A stretch of DNA of 63,839 nucleotides, the filler included, from Platydemus manokwari (Eukaryota): assembly GCA_037951405.1 (NCBI GenBank). It is 6 parts of 6 records of this genome, joined end to end, with 100 filler letters (N's around TTAATTAATTAA, not from the genome) between each part and the next. Parts side by side here need not be neighbours in the genome. Positions count along the whole stretch, not along the records: positions 11,505 to 20,895 come from JBBMOY011255540.1; positions 20,996 to 32,073 come from JBBMOY010923308.1; 4 more parts are not named here. The stretch is one strand, 5' to 3'. Position numbers and translations under genes: made by a program. Positions 13,492-26,200 of this stretch are shown in pieces. Position 1 is the stretch's first letter; each line of letters begins with the position of its first letter. The notes beneath the pieces were generated by a model. It was not told the DNA's origin. It searched no databases and saw nothing but the letters and a program-made list of their open reading frames with translations.

Positions 13492-14149
13492 ATCTGTGCG
13501 ATAAACAATTCAGACTTACAACGGATTACAAAGCAATTATATTCATGCTAAAAACAAAAAATCCGATAACACCACTATTTCAGACATGGTTTAATTATCT
13601 AGTTTGGCATATAAATTATCTTTAGAAAGGGTGTTAATCACACAACTGCAGATAGCTCTCATAAATACATGTGATACTTGTTCCTTGTGGGGAAAATTTA
13701 AAGAAATTTTGATAATTTTAATAATAATTTTAAAATTTCATTAAATTATTTAAAATTTAATATGAAGTGATTTTTAAATATTTCTATTTATATGCCTGAT
13801 TAAGATTGACAGTTAAAACTCCTGGAAGAGATTTTAATTGGTTTTAAAAAATGTGTAATTCGTTTGATAATAATAAATAATTTACGAAAACCATCGAAAT
13901 AAATATTTCCATTGAATTTTCAACTTAAAACGAGGTAGACACTACTAACATTCACAATGCTCGATTAATAATGAGAATCCAGGCAAAGGGGAAATGGAAA
14001 TCAAAATACTAACCATAATGACTGAGAATAAATGGGAAGAATGTAGATAAACAATGAAGGAATTGAAATTATTAAAAACTGAATAGGAAGTACAGGAATT
14101 GTTTAATATATGTTCCAAAAAGACATAATAAATTTAAAAGAGTACAAAA

Positions 14150-14280
14150 TTTGAATACCATCAATTAAAAGAAAAGTAATGATAGAATATGCTTACAAGC
14201 TGTTGTATCATGAAGGAACTGAGAAGGTTATGCGATATATAAGAAATAATTTCGAAATGAAAGTATTGATAAAGGTATTT
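14150..14280 (+). mobile_element. Decayed LTR-retrotransposon integrase zinc-binding region
   Basis: IPSIKRKVMIEYAYKLLYHEGTEKVMRYIRNNF resembles the integrase HHCC region (HxGxxK...F). Confidence 0.55.
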
Positions 14281-16399
14281 GGAGTACCACCTAGCTGTCA
14301 CCTGGCCCCACCTACCTGTCAATATTACCTATTATTACCTATCTGTTAAAACGGGCCAATGCACATAATCCAAGTCTCGAAAACAGCATAACGCTTCGAA
14401 ATTCAAAATCGCTATTAATCATGACCCAATGTATATAATCCCAAATTTCGAGAGCAGCAAAACGCTTCGAATACACATAATAAATATCCCGTTTTATTGA
14501 CCCTGCACAGGCATTAGAAAATACTCTGCAATAAATAACACCCCACTTCATAACAAAAAAAATGTAACACCTTGATTATAGACGAAGGAAAGCCTTTTTG
14601 AGTCAAATTGGTGTCGGTGGCCAATATCTGATGAACTCAATGTGTAGCTGACATATTACAACACAATATTTGACTGTCGCACTCATTGTGTTACTGATAT
14701 GTTACTGATATAACTGATATATTACAATGCAATATTTAGTAACTGTTGTATTCGATGTGCATAAATTATTATTATATTTTCTGTCTTATTTTAAACTGTA
14801 TGTATAAAGCAGATTGGAGATGATTTATCGGCAATAGGACTTAATAGAGAAAAATCCGCAATAACAAACTTAGTTAACAATTAATAATCGTAATTATTAA
14901 TTAATCGTAATAAATTGAATAAAAAATTTAGGAACGATAATAATAAAGAAATACATTAAAATACATTGAGAAAAGTAATAAAAATAAATCATCGAATAAA
15001 TAAATTACGGTGCGAAAAAATTGGGTTCTAAGAAACATGAGAAAATAATGACACATAGACTATAAAATAAAATCCGAATAAAATGACTGAGAAAATACAG
15101 TGACGAACAAATAAATAAAATCAATGAGCGAGAAAATTTATCATTTATGACAACGGAAATCAGACTTAGGATAAATACGGTATCAGTAAATAGAATACCA
15201 CCAAAATTAATTACTGAGTTGTGAATAAACGATATATGACTAATTCGCAGTTCTAGCATAAAAAAGTATCAAATAAAAACATAATCAGCTTTCAGTGGAC
15301 ATTCATCTGGATTACAACCGGACAATTGCTTGGCTGAAGCATTATTTATATTACACCAGGAATATCGGCTGTAGGAGAAAGAACATTTGCTAGCTGGAAT
15401 AATAATCAGCTTAAGTAAGGATTTGGTCACTGTTCATTTAGTAAATATCATTCCATCACAAAATTTATATCATTTGAGCATAAATATTTTGTTGTCGATA
15501 AATCACTTTACCAAGTCATTAACATCTGCTTCATTCATCTTACGTATTCGTCAGTTAATTACTGAAGCAAGGTACAGACTATTTGCTATACTTTTTTGTT
15601 CACTCATAATTAATTATTGTATGTTGTTTATTTCTAAATAAACCTTAACGAACCATCCATTGAGCTATTGAGATTCTATAAAAGTGATTTTGCTGAGTAT
15701 CAATAACCATCATTTTTAAAATTAATATTGGGGGTTAATAACCAGGAGAATTATCGAGTCAATTCAAAGTGTTTATTAATCGCACACAAGCGTAAGCCTT
15801 TAATTAAGTTACTCAGAGAAATAATTGCCATAATTTTGACGTAAACTGCACAATTCCAACTAGTAATTGACTTCTACTCTTATTCAGGGCAAGCGGCAAC
15901 ACCAGTTTTGCTGTTGAGACCTTTTTAAGAATAATGGATTGTTCGAGTATTTTGTCGATCCAAACCTTCGACGAAATCTTTCAAATAAGAGAAATTAATA
16001 AATAAAAAGTGGTCCGGCAAACCTTTCTTTAAAGGGGATGAGGAGCAAGTCATTGCTACCTGGATTCTAATATTCTAATATAAATAAATTGAATTATTTC
16101 AAATAAATTATTTTATATATTATAGTATTATGTAATGCATTATATTTTTGTACTATTGTATAAAAATTATAATTCAAACTGTAGAGAAAAAGGTCAACCG
16201 TAAGTGAAACGTCAGAGATAATCAATAGCGCTCGAGTCTCTAGAATAGTAACTAGAAGTCTATCAATAAATCAATCTTTACTAAATAAAAATATAAATAG
16301 TGAGTCAATACCCAGTTTTAACAAAACCGAACGACAAATAGATTGCGAAATAAGTGAATAAACAGTACAGTCAGAAAGAAGTAATTCAAATTTGAAAGA

Positions 16400-16915
16400 A
16401 ACTGCAATAAATAATGAAAACATGAATACAACAATAGATGAGTTTGATCGCATAGCGACAGCTCACGGTTGGGATGATAATAAAAAAATGATGTAATTGC
16501 CACTATATTTAAGAGGATATGCTCTACAAAAGCATCAACAAATGATACAAACGGATAATAATTTATAGGGAGACAATTTAACTTTTACCGATATAATCAA
16601 AGCATTGAGAAAGCGAACGAGGGTAAATATAACATTATTCAGTTCTAATCACTACAATACGAATGGATTAAGTGAGTGACAATTTAAAACGATAACAGAT
16701 CACAGAAATGCAACAGTAAAAGATACACAACACACAAAACGGGTTTTAATATTACCAAAGATTCAATACTCCGGTGTAAAGAACTACTGAAAAATCAAAA
16801 AAGAGAAACGGTAGAGATAACAAAACGGAAATTCAAGATAGGTGACAAGGTATTAGTAAAAAAGAAGTACTGGACAAAGAGCAAGAAAGACATAATAACC
16901 ATTATGAAGTGTTAG
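16400..16915 (+). mobile_element. Internally deleted Ty3/gypsy remnant (gag N-terminus plus integrase tail)
   Basis: EFDRIATAHGWDD..LPLYLRGYA (gag) and RKFKIGDKVLV (integrase FxVGDxVLV motif). Confidence 0.7.
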
Positions 16916-17844
16916 GAAAGAGCACTGAAAGACGTTATGAATAAGGATTGTGAAGAAAATAAAACAATCTGCAAGTGAGAATGCAAGGAATATTTAAAAG
17001 TATTAAATTGAAATTATTTTAAAAAAATGTAATATATATATATATGTCTGTGTGTCTGTATTTGTTTATATCTTAATATATTTGCAGATACTTTCTAATA
17101 AATGAATTTTATTATTACCACAATCTTACATTGTGCCACCAACAGCCACAATCTCAGCAATGGAATACTCCAATTATATCTCCACTTGTCTACGATTGAC
17201 TGATAAACAAGTGGTCAACAGTGGTCGACACCCAAAGAGCGAATAAGTATATTATGTTTATCTTTGATAATCAATACAGAGCAACAACTCACCGACAATA
17301 TCCGATAATACTCATGGAATACCTGATCTCCCTATTTGAAATTGAAGCTTGGCAACTGCCAACTTCTGATCTATCCAAGACCTGTTACTCCACCCTTCAC
17401 CAGTACACACTTCCTGTTCAATAAGCTAACTCTAATTTCAACAATCGGATCTAGTGAACCAAGAATTTATTCAACAAAATGTAACTATACAATGACGTCC
17501 GGTCTACTTGGACTTACGAAGAAGAACCCTCCAAATCTGCTCACAATATCAACTAGTTAACTGCCACAATCAAGATCTGCCTACTCGATTCCCGCATCAG
17601 TCCAACGATCAACTCTTCAAATAAAATTCAGAAAACCAAAACAAATCGAAGGGGAGTACTATTATTTGGTGCTACAGACTAAGGAAAACCATGAAAAGTA
17701 GGTAGTTATCCGATAAATTTCAAGAAAATCAGTGTAGATCGAAATATATTATAGAAAGAAAATAAAATTGATGTGAGGTCTTGTGCCACCGCATCGCGAA
17801 GTATTATATGTTTATAAGAAATAAATATTAGTTTTTTAGCAGGA

Positions 17845-18165
17845 ATGCCACGATTCATTTGTAAGGAACCGGCTATTTTTAATGATGAAGATGTAAAAGA
17901 ATTTCTTTCATCAGTTGACGATTACACCGAAGTCATGCAAATTCCGGAAAATTTGAAAAGCAAGTTTTTATATAATTACAGATTCTAGTGTAAAGAATGA
18001 GATATAATTCGATTTAAATTACACAGGTGATTTAGATATCATTATGAAAATTCTTGTAGATGTGTAATGGAAGAAAGGTCGGTAATTACACCACATATGG
18101 TTGTCGGAACACTGCAACAACTGCCGTACGAGTCCATCAAAAACATTTCAAGAAGAGTCAAAATT
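17845..18165 (+). mobile_element. Decayed retrotransposon gag
   Basis: MPRFICKEPAIFNDEDVKEFLSSVDDY... and LQQLPYESI (QxxxES gag motif); contains stops and frameshifts. Confidence 0.5.
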
Positions 18166-20242
18166 TGATCAAATAATCTGATCAGTAATCCTAACTGGAA
18201 ATTACTATTATCAAAACAGTGTGATTTAAATAAAATTCCATAGATTTAAAATGGTTTCAAGTTGAGACCAACTTTTGATTAACTGAATTTCTAATTTAGT
18301 TAAAATTAATAATCCTAAAATTTCCCTAATAAATCAATAAAGACTCAACTTCTGATAATAATAAAGTAAACATAAAACTTTTAATTCTCATACAAGAGAC
18401 TCAAATTAACTTTTATAAAAATAATACAAAATCATTAACCTTATCATGGTAATATCAATACACGCTTTCATAATACCTAGAAAAGCACCAAAGAGAAATT
18501 ATTCCTAAAATACGAAAATCCATAATTTACTTCTCATAATTTACTATGTATTTCATGATAAACAACTCTATAATTTGAATCATCTTAAATACTTCAGCAC
18601 CAAATACTAATTAGCAACAAGCTAGTAGTATTCCATCACAATCAATAGTTCATGTTGCTTATATGGTGACATGTAAAAACCAAGTTGTTAGAGAAAAAGA
18701 AATTGAGTCACTCAAAATTACAACATAATCAATGGCCATGGATCTACTCATGAAAAGGTATTCCTTTGGTTAAATTCACATATAAGAGGAACAGACAGAA
18801 GCAACACACGGAGGGATAATATAAGAGAAGTCATTAATCATGTGACCAAAGTGCTTAGAACTACTATCAGTTTCGTTATATCAAATGATAAAATATCATT
18901 TAAAGCATTTTCAAATATTTTCTTTGGGGTTAAATTATTTTTGAGAAATGTTATTGTCAGAAACCTGGATATCAAATTGATAAGATATTATTAAGACCAT
19001 ATTTTATAGAGATTTATCAGAAAAATTAGTTAATGCAGATACGAACTGGAACATTCGTTCATTAATCTCCAGCATCCAGTCTAATGTAATGTACAATAGT
19101 GTTTTATGGCGAATTACCGATTCGAGAGATCCATTTTCTTAATCAAGCAAGAACAGATAGATTACACAGCCTCGACAAAAAATTTATAATGTTTAAGCTG
19201 TCGGAAATACCTGTATGAAATTCGAATTCCAAGTCAAGTCCTCACCGTGCGAATGCCTTTACTCGTCTTAATTTACTGTTATTAATACATTAACTTTAAT
19301 TAATACTCGCAACCTACACTCCGAGATAACTAAAAATAAGATATTGGTGGAATTGTTCAACCATACCTTAACCCTAGCAGCTAATAATTTATTATAAACA
19401 TCGAATTTCATCAGTATAAGTAATATTTAATTTATTCACAAATATTTTTAGAATTATTTACCAAAATACTGCATGTTTAAAAGGTTCTAGAATTGATTAT
19501 TACCACTGGATATGTTTGCTATTTGTGAATCCTGTTACATTGAATTCTAACTCACCATTTCGTTTCTTTATTGATTAATTTAATTCTTACATTTTTATTC
19601 TAACAAAGTGAGCAAATGTTTCGAATTAGTTCCTATTGCTGCTTCTGTGCTAGTGTAGATGATTATAGATGCATAGTATTGTATGAAGAGCAAAAGAGGA
19701 ATGACCGTTCTTCATTATTGAGTGTTGTAACAGCTAAAACAGTATTCTTCCTTGGTCTCATCAGAATTACATTTGTACTTATTTTTATTTTGTTGACAAA
19801 TTAAACAGTCACACTTGATAATAACTTTATTTAATGATTCAACCCTCGTACGGCGTCATTTAAATTCATTTATTCATTACTTATTTACATGTTTTTTTGT
19901 GTTTGTAATAAACTCCTAGAATGTGATATTTAAATGTCACTTAATGGAATGTCAATGAAATGAAATTTAAAATAATAGATTCGCTGTTGTTACCAGTAGT
20001 GTGCATGACACTATAAATATGGCTATTAAAACCAGAAAAATCAGAAAGAAAAATTAAATTATTATTAAATTCAAGACAAATTGTTAAGACGCAAAATTGA
20101 TGAACATCGAAAATTAATGTGCAAATTTTTAATTTCATAAGCTAATCTTCATAATAAATTTATAATAAAGGAGTTCATCAAGGAATAAACACATGTGGAA
20201 TCTTGCGAAAAAGTTTAACGACACCCCTACAAATGAGATCTT

Positions 20243-20584
20243 TTGTGTTGGGAAAGCGCCTCCGACGCTCCAAGTACATCTTACCATATACCCTCTAACG
20301 CCCCAAGCACATCTTACCATATACCATCCAGTGCTCCAGGTACATCTAACATAACAGCCACAAATGCCGATGAAAAGATTGAGCTCGATCAAGAAGGCAA
20401 CTGGGATGGAACGGTCTATCGTGGGGATAAGCCCGAGAAGGTTGGCCGAAGAGAACCCCAGGAAGAAGTAAAGGCGGAACCAATGATCCCGACAGATCCA
20501 AGAGAAGAGAATTCCCGATGGTGGGGCATGCACAAGCGCGTGGATCTAGACGAGCAGTATGATCTGGGATTTTCAAACATTTGA
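20243..20584 (+). CDS. Unidentified ORF fragment with 11-aa tandem repeat (SxAPSTSYHIP)
   Basis: Relatively GC-rich open frame whose 33-bp repeat units differ mainly at synonymous sites; upstream sequence looks frameshifted. Confidence 0.45.
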   Translation: MCWESASDAPSTSYHIPSNAPSTSYHIPSSAPGTSNITATNADEKIELDQEGNWDGTVYRGDKPEKVGRREPQEEVKAEPMIPTDPREENSRWWGMHKRVDLDEQYDLGFSNI

Positions 20585-20895
20585 TCCTTACATTTGATTT
20601 ATTACATTTGATCCTTACATTGTCTCTAATCTGTACCTTATTTTATGTAATCCCAAAGTCCTTCATTTTAAATGTATACTCTATTCAAATATTTGTATAA
20701 TGTATTGTCACAAATTATATTTTAATGGTGGAAATTTTAACGATAATAAACTTTAAAATAAATCGGACAAAAAAATAAAAAATAGCGTGCCTAAAATAAC
20801 AATAATAGAAAAATAAAGTTAATTTATATAGAATTTTAGAAATGTGTTTAAGTGAGCTAATAATATATAGAAATTCCAAAATTAATTCATTGGAA

Positions 20896-20995
20896 NNNNN
20901 NNNNNNNNNNNNNNNNNNNNNNNNNNNNNNNNNNNNNNNTTAATTAATTAANNNNNNNNNNNNNNNNNNNNNNNNNNNNNNNNNNNNNNNNNNNN
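20896..20995. other. Artificial contig spacer
   Basis: N44-TTAATTAATTAA-N44. Confidence 0.97.
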
Positions 20996-21831
20996 TGTTC
21001 CAATCATCCTCACTATAGCTACTTGCAACGATAGTGTTGGAGATGAAACAGGAGTTCAAATGGAAGATTATTCCCATAATCCTATTCGTCGGATCTGGCA
21101 TTTCAAGAATGCTTTTTATTTTTCGATCAGTTTGAGCTAGTTGAATTAAGTTTATAGCTCCAAGATCCCAGATCATATCCGGTACTGCTATGTTTGAATC
21201 TGAATTACTCGAATCATTCTTTGCGAGAAATTCTGAGTTAATATATACAATTCCATCTGAGAAACCTTTATCTCTCTTTAGATTCTCAAGGAAATTATTC
21301 ATATCTGAATCGACTGCAGCTGGGTTTAAGAAGCAGAACTCCTCAAGTTCAGGGTGACGTTCCATTAGTTTACTAAGTTCCTGAGTATTCAGGGCTTTTA
21401 GTTCATTAGCAGGTTCATCAACGGATTCCCTTAATTTCAGTTTACAATCAATAAACTCAGCCTGTTTATCGATCAAACACTTTGGAATCCGATTATCTCT
21501 TTTAAGGTCTTTGAGTACGCGGTTAAAGTACTCATTTCGAGTGGTAAAGTTTGTGTTCGAAACACCTCTACTAAACTCTGTAAAGTTCTCAAACAGAAAT
21601 TTACTAACGGATTCAGGCGCGTCTATCAGATTTTTTCCTAAATGAGGTTTCGGTAAAAATCCATCCTCATATACCGAGATCATTGATTTTATGCAGCCAG
21701 GTATCATGTCACTCTTTAATTCTATGTATAACTTTGACAGTTTCATAAAAACTTTTATGCACTGTGGAGTTATACATCTGATAGTACTGCTGATGTTATC
21801 ATCATTCAGCCATTTTGTGACGCGTTCGGAT
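20996..21831 (-). CDS. Endogenous viral element: nairovirus-like nucleoprotein, C-terminal half; 3' end cut by contig edge
   Basis: Collinear matches to CCHFV N as recalled: KVFMKLSKLY/KHIAKAQELY, SMISVYEDGFLP/SYYWLYxAGVTP, VSKFLFE...RG/VSQFLFE...RG, DKGFSDGIVYINSEFL/DDSFQQNRIYMHPAVL, DMIWDLGAI/EMGVCFGTI, LAQTDRKIKSILEM/AAQGSGHTKSILNL, TIVAS/DIVAS. No stop in about 278 codons. Confidence 0.72.
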
Positions 21832-23287
21832 CTGGATATATATATAATTCAATTTATCCCTGAATTATGATTTAATCTCATGGAGAATTTTTCTCCTCGA
21901 CAAATAAACTCCAGCGTGAAAATGATAAATGTATGGCATTAGATTATAATAGTAGGGGATTTCTAAGAGTGACTCAATTATCAAACAGATTTAAATGTCT
22001 AATTTGTAATGGATCGGAATTTTATTTATTTTTCGGTACCTTGTATAGTTAATCGTATTTTCTTTATTAATCATTTTCTAAATTTAAATTATTTTTGGTA
22101 TTTTGTACCATCTTTTAATTTAATTCAAGTAAGTTTTTTATACCAGTTTTATTTTAAAGTGCATTCTAATTAACTTATTTTATAAATAATCAATATTTAT
22201 TTTTTGCCAAAACTTGTTTTGACTTCCAAAAATAATCAAACTATATAAGAATATAATTATTACTGTACAAATCATAATTCACAAAATCAATTATTAGTTA
22301 AAATAGTCAGATCAATTATCAAATGAAATACTAAAATAGTCAGATTTGAGGCTTTTGAATTGAAGATTCGATTGAAGTTTGAAATTCTTTCTGAATTGAG
22401 ATTCAGAACCTATGTTATTCAACTTTTATAAGATTCATGACTTTTCATTCTCTTGTCATATTTACTCATCTTAGCTTCTTTACTCTTATATTTTACATTA
22501 TAATTTAATTTTAGATCATATTTATTGAATGTTGTAGCGTATCTTGTCGTTTGTGATTCGGCTTTCCTCTTCTTCCATTGTTCTTATGAGGTAACAGTTA
22601 TGGGCATCTTTTTGTCTTCCTCCGTATACCACAAATCTGAACACTGTTAGTTCTTTTGAATCTCTTGGATTTTTTCTTTATGTCCTAACAATATATTTGT
22701 TTTTATAATTTCATTTTATATAATTATATTTTTCGTGTAAACATGGATATTTAATTTTAGGACTTTCTCAATTCCACTCATATAAAAATAGATACTATCG
22801 ATAGTTCATTATAAATAAATATCTATATAATAAATCATCAAAATCAAGCTCTAAACAAGATTAAGCTTTGTATTGAGATACAAACGGGTTCTATATAGTC
22901 GCTAAATAATTTGATCGTATATCAGTTGAGCGTTTAAAAGTGAAAACAATGAGGTTAAATATATGATCACAAAAGTGATGATGAACTCTCACATTCGGTT
23001 AGAAGTGACCAAAAGATGACTTTTGGAACTTCCGTGCAATTAATCAATTTATGTCTTCATCAAATCAACTGAATTCTCGTTTTAGTTTTATGAAATATTC
23101 TGAATTATCAAAACTACAAAAATTATTTGGGCTCAGCAGTGATTCCCACCCCGTGTATATTTATTCGATTTAATTATAAATAGTAATTTAAAATTATTAA
23201 AGATAAGAGTACAATGATGATATTGTTTTAATATTCTTTACCATTTGAAATTGTTTGTATATGTCTTCGTAAATTGAAATTGTAAAA

Positions 23288-26200
23288 ATGAGTAGAGTAA
23301 AATTAGATAAAGATAAAATTCTTAAAAAATTTAAAACCCTTTCTATGACGGCTTTATGTATACAAAAAACATCTAAATATATGTATCAATTCTTTAAATC
23401 ATCCGATTCAATAGTTTCTATTTGGCATCAAGCTCTTTTGTCAGGTTTTAAGAATCTAAATAATTAACTTAATTTAAAAATATTATTTCAGCATCCGAGC
23501 AATCAAAAATAGCCTTATTCTATATCGCAAACGAGATGTTACAGTCAAGAAATTACGGATCGAGTAATTTTAAACAGTCTTGGAAGCCGCAGCTATTACA
23601 ATCCGTTGAACTAATTAAGTAAAATACATTGATGAACATTTTATAATAAAAATTTATAATTAAGAAATTCGTCTACTATAGATAAAATTATTCGGATGTT
23701 TAATATTTGGATTGAAAGACATGTTTATGATCAAGCATTTATCGAAGATTTAATTAGCAAATTATGTAGGCATATTTAGATGAATTTTATTGATAGATTT
23801 TTATTGGGTTTTGTTGATTAAGCTTCAGCAAGAAGCCCAGTTGTTAATGAAGAAGAAGCGAAAAATATTATATTAAATTTCGAAGTGAGTAGATTATTGA
23901 TTTTGTTTGTTTGTTTTTAAAATTAAATGAAATATGATATTTATCCATCTTTGTAAATAATTAAATAATATGTATTAGCCGGAAGATTCAATGGATAAGC
24001 TTAGAAATTTGATCAAAATAGAATCAGAAGTAAATGAAACCATGAAACGTATCGATGTCGTTGCATTGAACTTTGATGAGAAATCATGCAAAGAAGCAAT
24101 AAAGAAATTGAAAGACAAGGTTCATTGTAATGAATTCAGCAATCAACTAGATGGAACTATCAATCAACTGTTTCAAATTTGTTCGTTAATGGAAGAAGAA
24201 TTGAAAGTGAGAAAGAGCACTTTGAAAATGATGGAAAATGCTGAAATATATTATCAAACTCAACTGAGTGAAACGTTGATTGTTGAAGATGCTTACAAGA
24301 GATATGGAAATCTAATATCGAAAACCAAGGATGCATTAGAAGAACATTTGGATTTCCTCATTGACGATTCCGGACCCATCGATATCGACGATGCTCCATC
24401 TCCTGGTAAAACACCGCCTTATTTATATGAGGATACCGTAAAAAATGTTTCCAAATTAAAGGGCTCTCCAATGTCGTTTCAGGATGTTATTAGTCCCACA
24501 CAATCGATGGATATGTCAGAAGATGATACGCCGATGGATTCGACGACATATTTGGATAAACCGTATTCACCATCAAACGAAGTCGAATCGAAATCTGAAA
24601 CCAATATCAATACGACCACTTCCAATGAAGACACGAAAACATCTTTATCTTGCAGTGATGCTTTGAAAATATTGACATCCGTATTTACACAATCGTTGAC
24701 GAAAAAAGTTACAACGGAACCGGAAGTGAGAGTCCATTTGCAGCCAGATATTTTTCGCAATACTCTTTCAACGGCAAGCATTAACAATGAAATCGCCGAT
24801 ACCAATACCAACAATACGTCGGAAAATTCTGATTCCGTCGTTGCGGATGCCTTTCGTTTGATTTCCAATCTAACTGGAATCAAAAATATTAGTGAAAGGT
24901 TTGTTTTTAATATTTATTTTAATTTTTATATTAAAAATTATTTTTATTAATTTTAATTTAATTATTTTTTTAATTAATTTATTATTTTTAATTATTATTT
25001 ATTTAGTTTTTTCATTTTTTATAATTGATTTTGAATTTATTGTTCTTTCTTGATTTTACATTTTAAATAATATTTAATAATTATTATTTGATTATAATTA
25101 TTATTGCCGTATTTTCTGGACTGTAAGGCTCACCTTCAAACGGATTTTTAGCATTTATTAAGGCTGAAATATTAAAAATAATTATGATAGGCAGAAAAAA
25201 TTTCGTTTTTCTACGTCGATGAAATCTTATGAAAATCTAAAAAGAATACAATTTAAAACATTGATTTGTGAAAATCACATGTGCAATTATATTAAAAGTG
25301 CTAGCAAACCATAACAGAGCATAAATATACTCTCCATCAGCTTCAATGACATTCTGGAGGTGACGGGTCAAATATTTCTTCAGATATTTTCTTTCTGATT
25401 AAAACGAAATTTTCTTGCTGGCCCTTATTTATTAACCAGTCAACTCATAGTTTGGGTGCGCCTTACAGTATTTATAATTATTTTAATTTTCCAATTTTAT
25501 ACAATATTTATTAATTATAATTTTTTAATAATTATTATTTATAATTTTTTTTATTTTCTATAATTAATATTTATTAATTAAAATGTGTTTATAATAATTA
25601 TTATTTTATTTATATATTATGGCTTTTGTTCTGAATTAAGCTTATCACATTCAAATTTTGTGTATCCCATATAAAAATTGGTTTTTCCCTTCATTTCATC
25701 TCTATCATTTTGGGCTGTTTTATTTATCTTTATTATTTCCAGTGGACAAGTTTTCGTTTATTTTTGTCTCGAGATCTCATTCATAGTTTTGCTGTTCATG
25801 ATCTTGATATAAAATTAGAATGTGTTCCGGATCGTTTAAAATTATATTTTATTTTGCTTTGTAATGTTGGTAAATTTTGTGATCAATTTCTTAATTATGT
25901 GGTTTTTTATTATTATTTCATATTTTGATATTTATTTTATCCCTAATTATTTTTTATTTATAATATTATTGACACAAAATAGTATTGCTCTCATATGGAA
26001 ATATGGCTGTAAATATAATTTATTATTAATAATAATTAAAAATAACTTTTTAATAATGTCCATAGATATTTTTTAGTAATCATCAGAGATTTGTTAATAT
26101 ATATTTGATGATGAAAGATTTGTTTTTTGGAAACATTAGCATTTGTTCCATTATATGAAAACTTCATTTTTTCTTGCTAATTTCAATTTAAAAATATCTT

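Noticed and set aside
15940-16070. pogo/Tigger transposase remnant (GPA...EEQVIATWI)
   Set aside because: Only one short frameshifted motif; insufficient support.
21130-21190. VPDMIW as a bunyavirus L cap-snatching endonuclease PD motif
   Set aside because: No D/E-x-K follows, and the segment fits the nucleoprotein alignment better.
24479-24883. 134-aa antisense ORF (likewise 51801-52004, 54335-54601 and 20135-20576)
   Set aside because: Shadow frames of real coding exons on the opposite strand.
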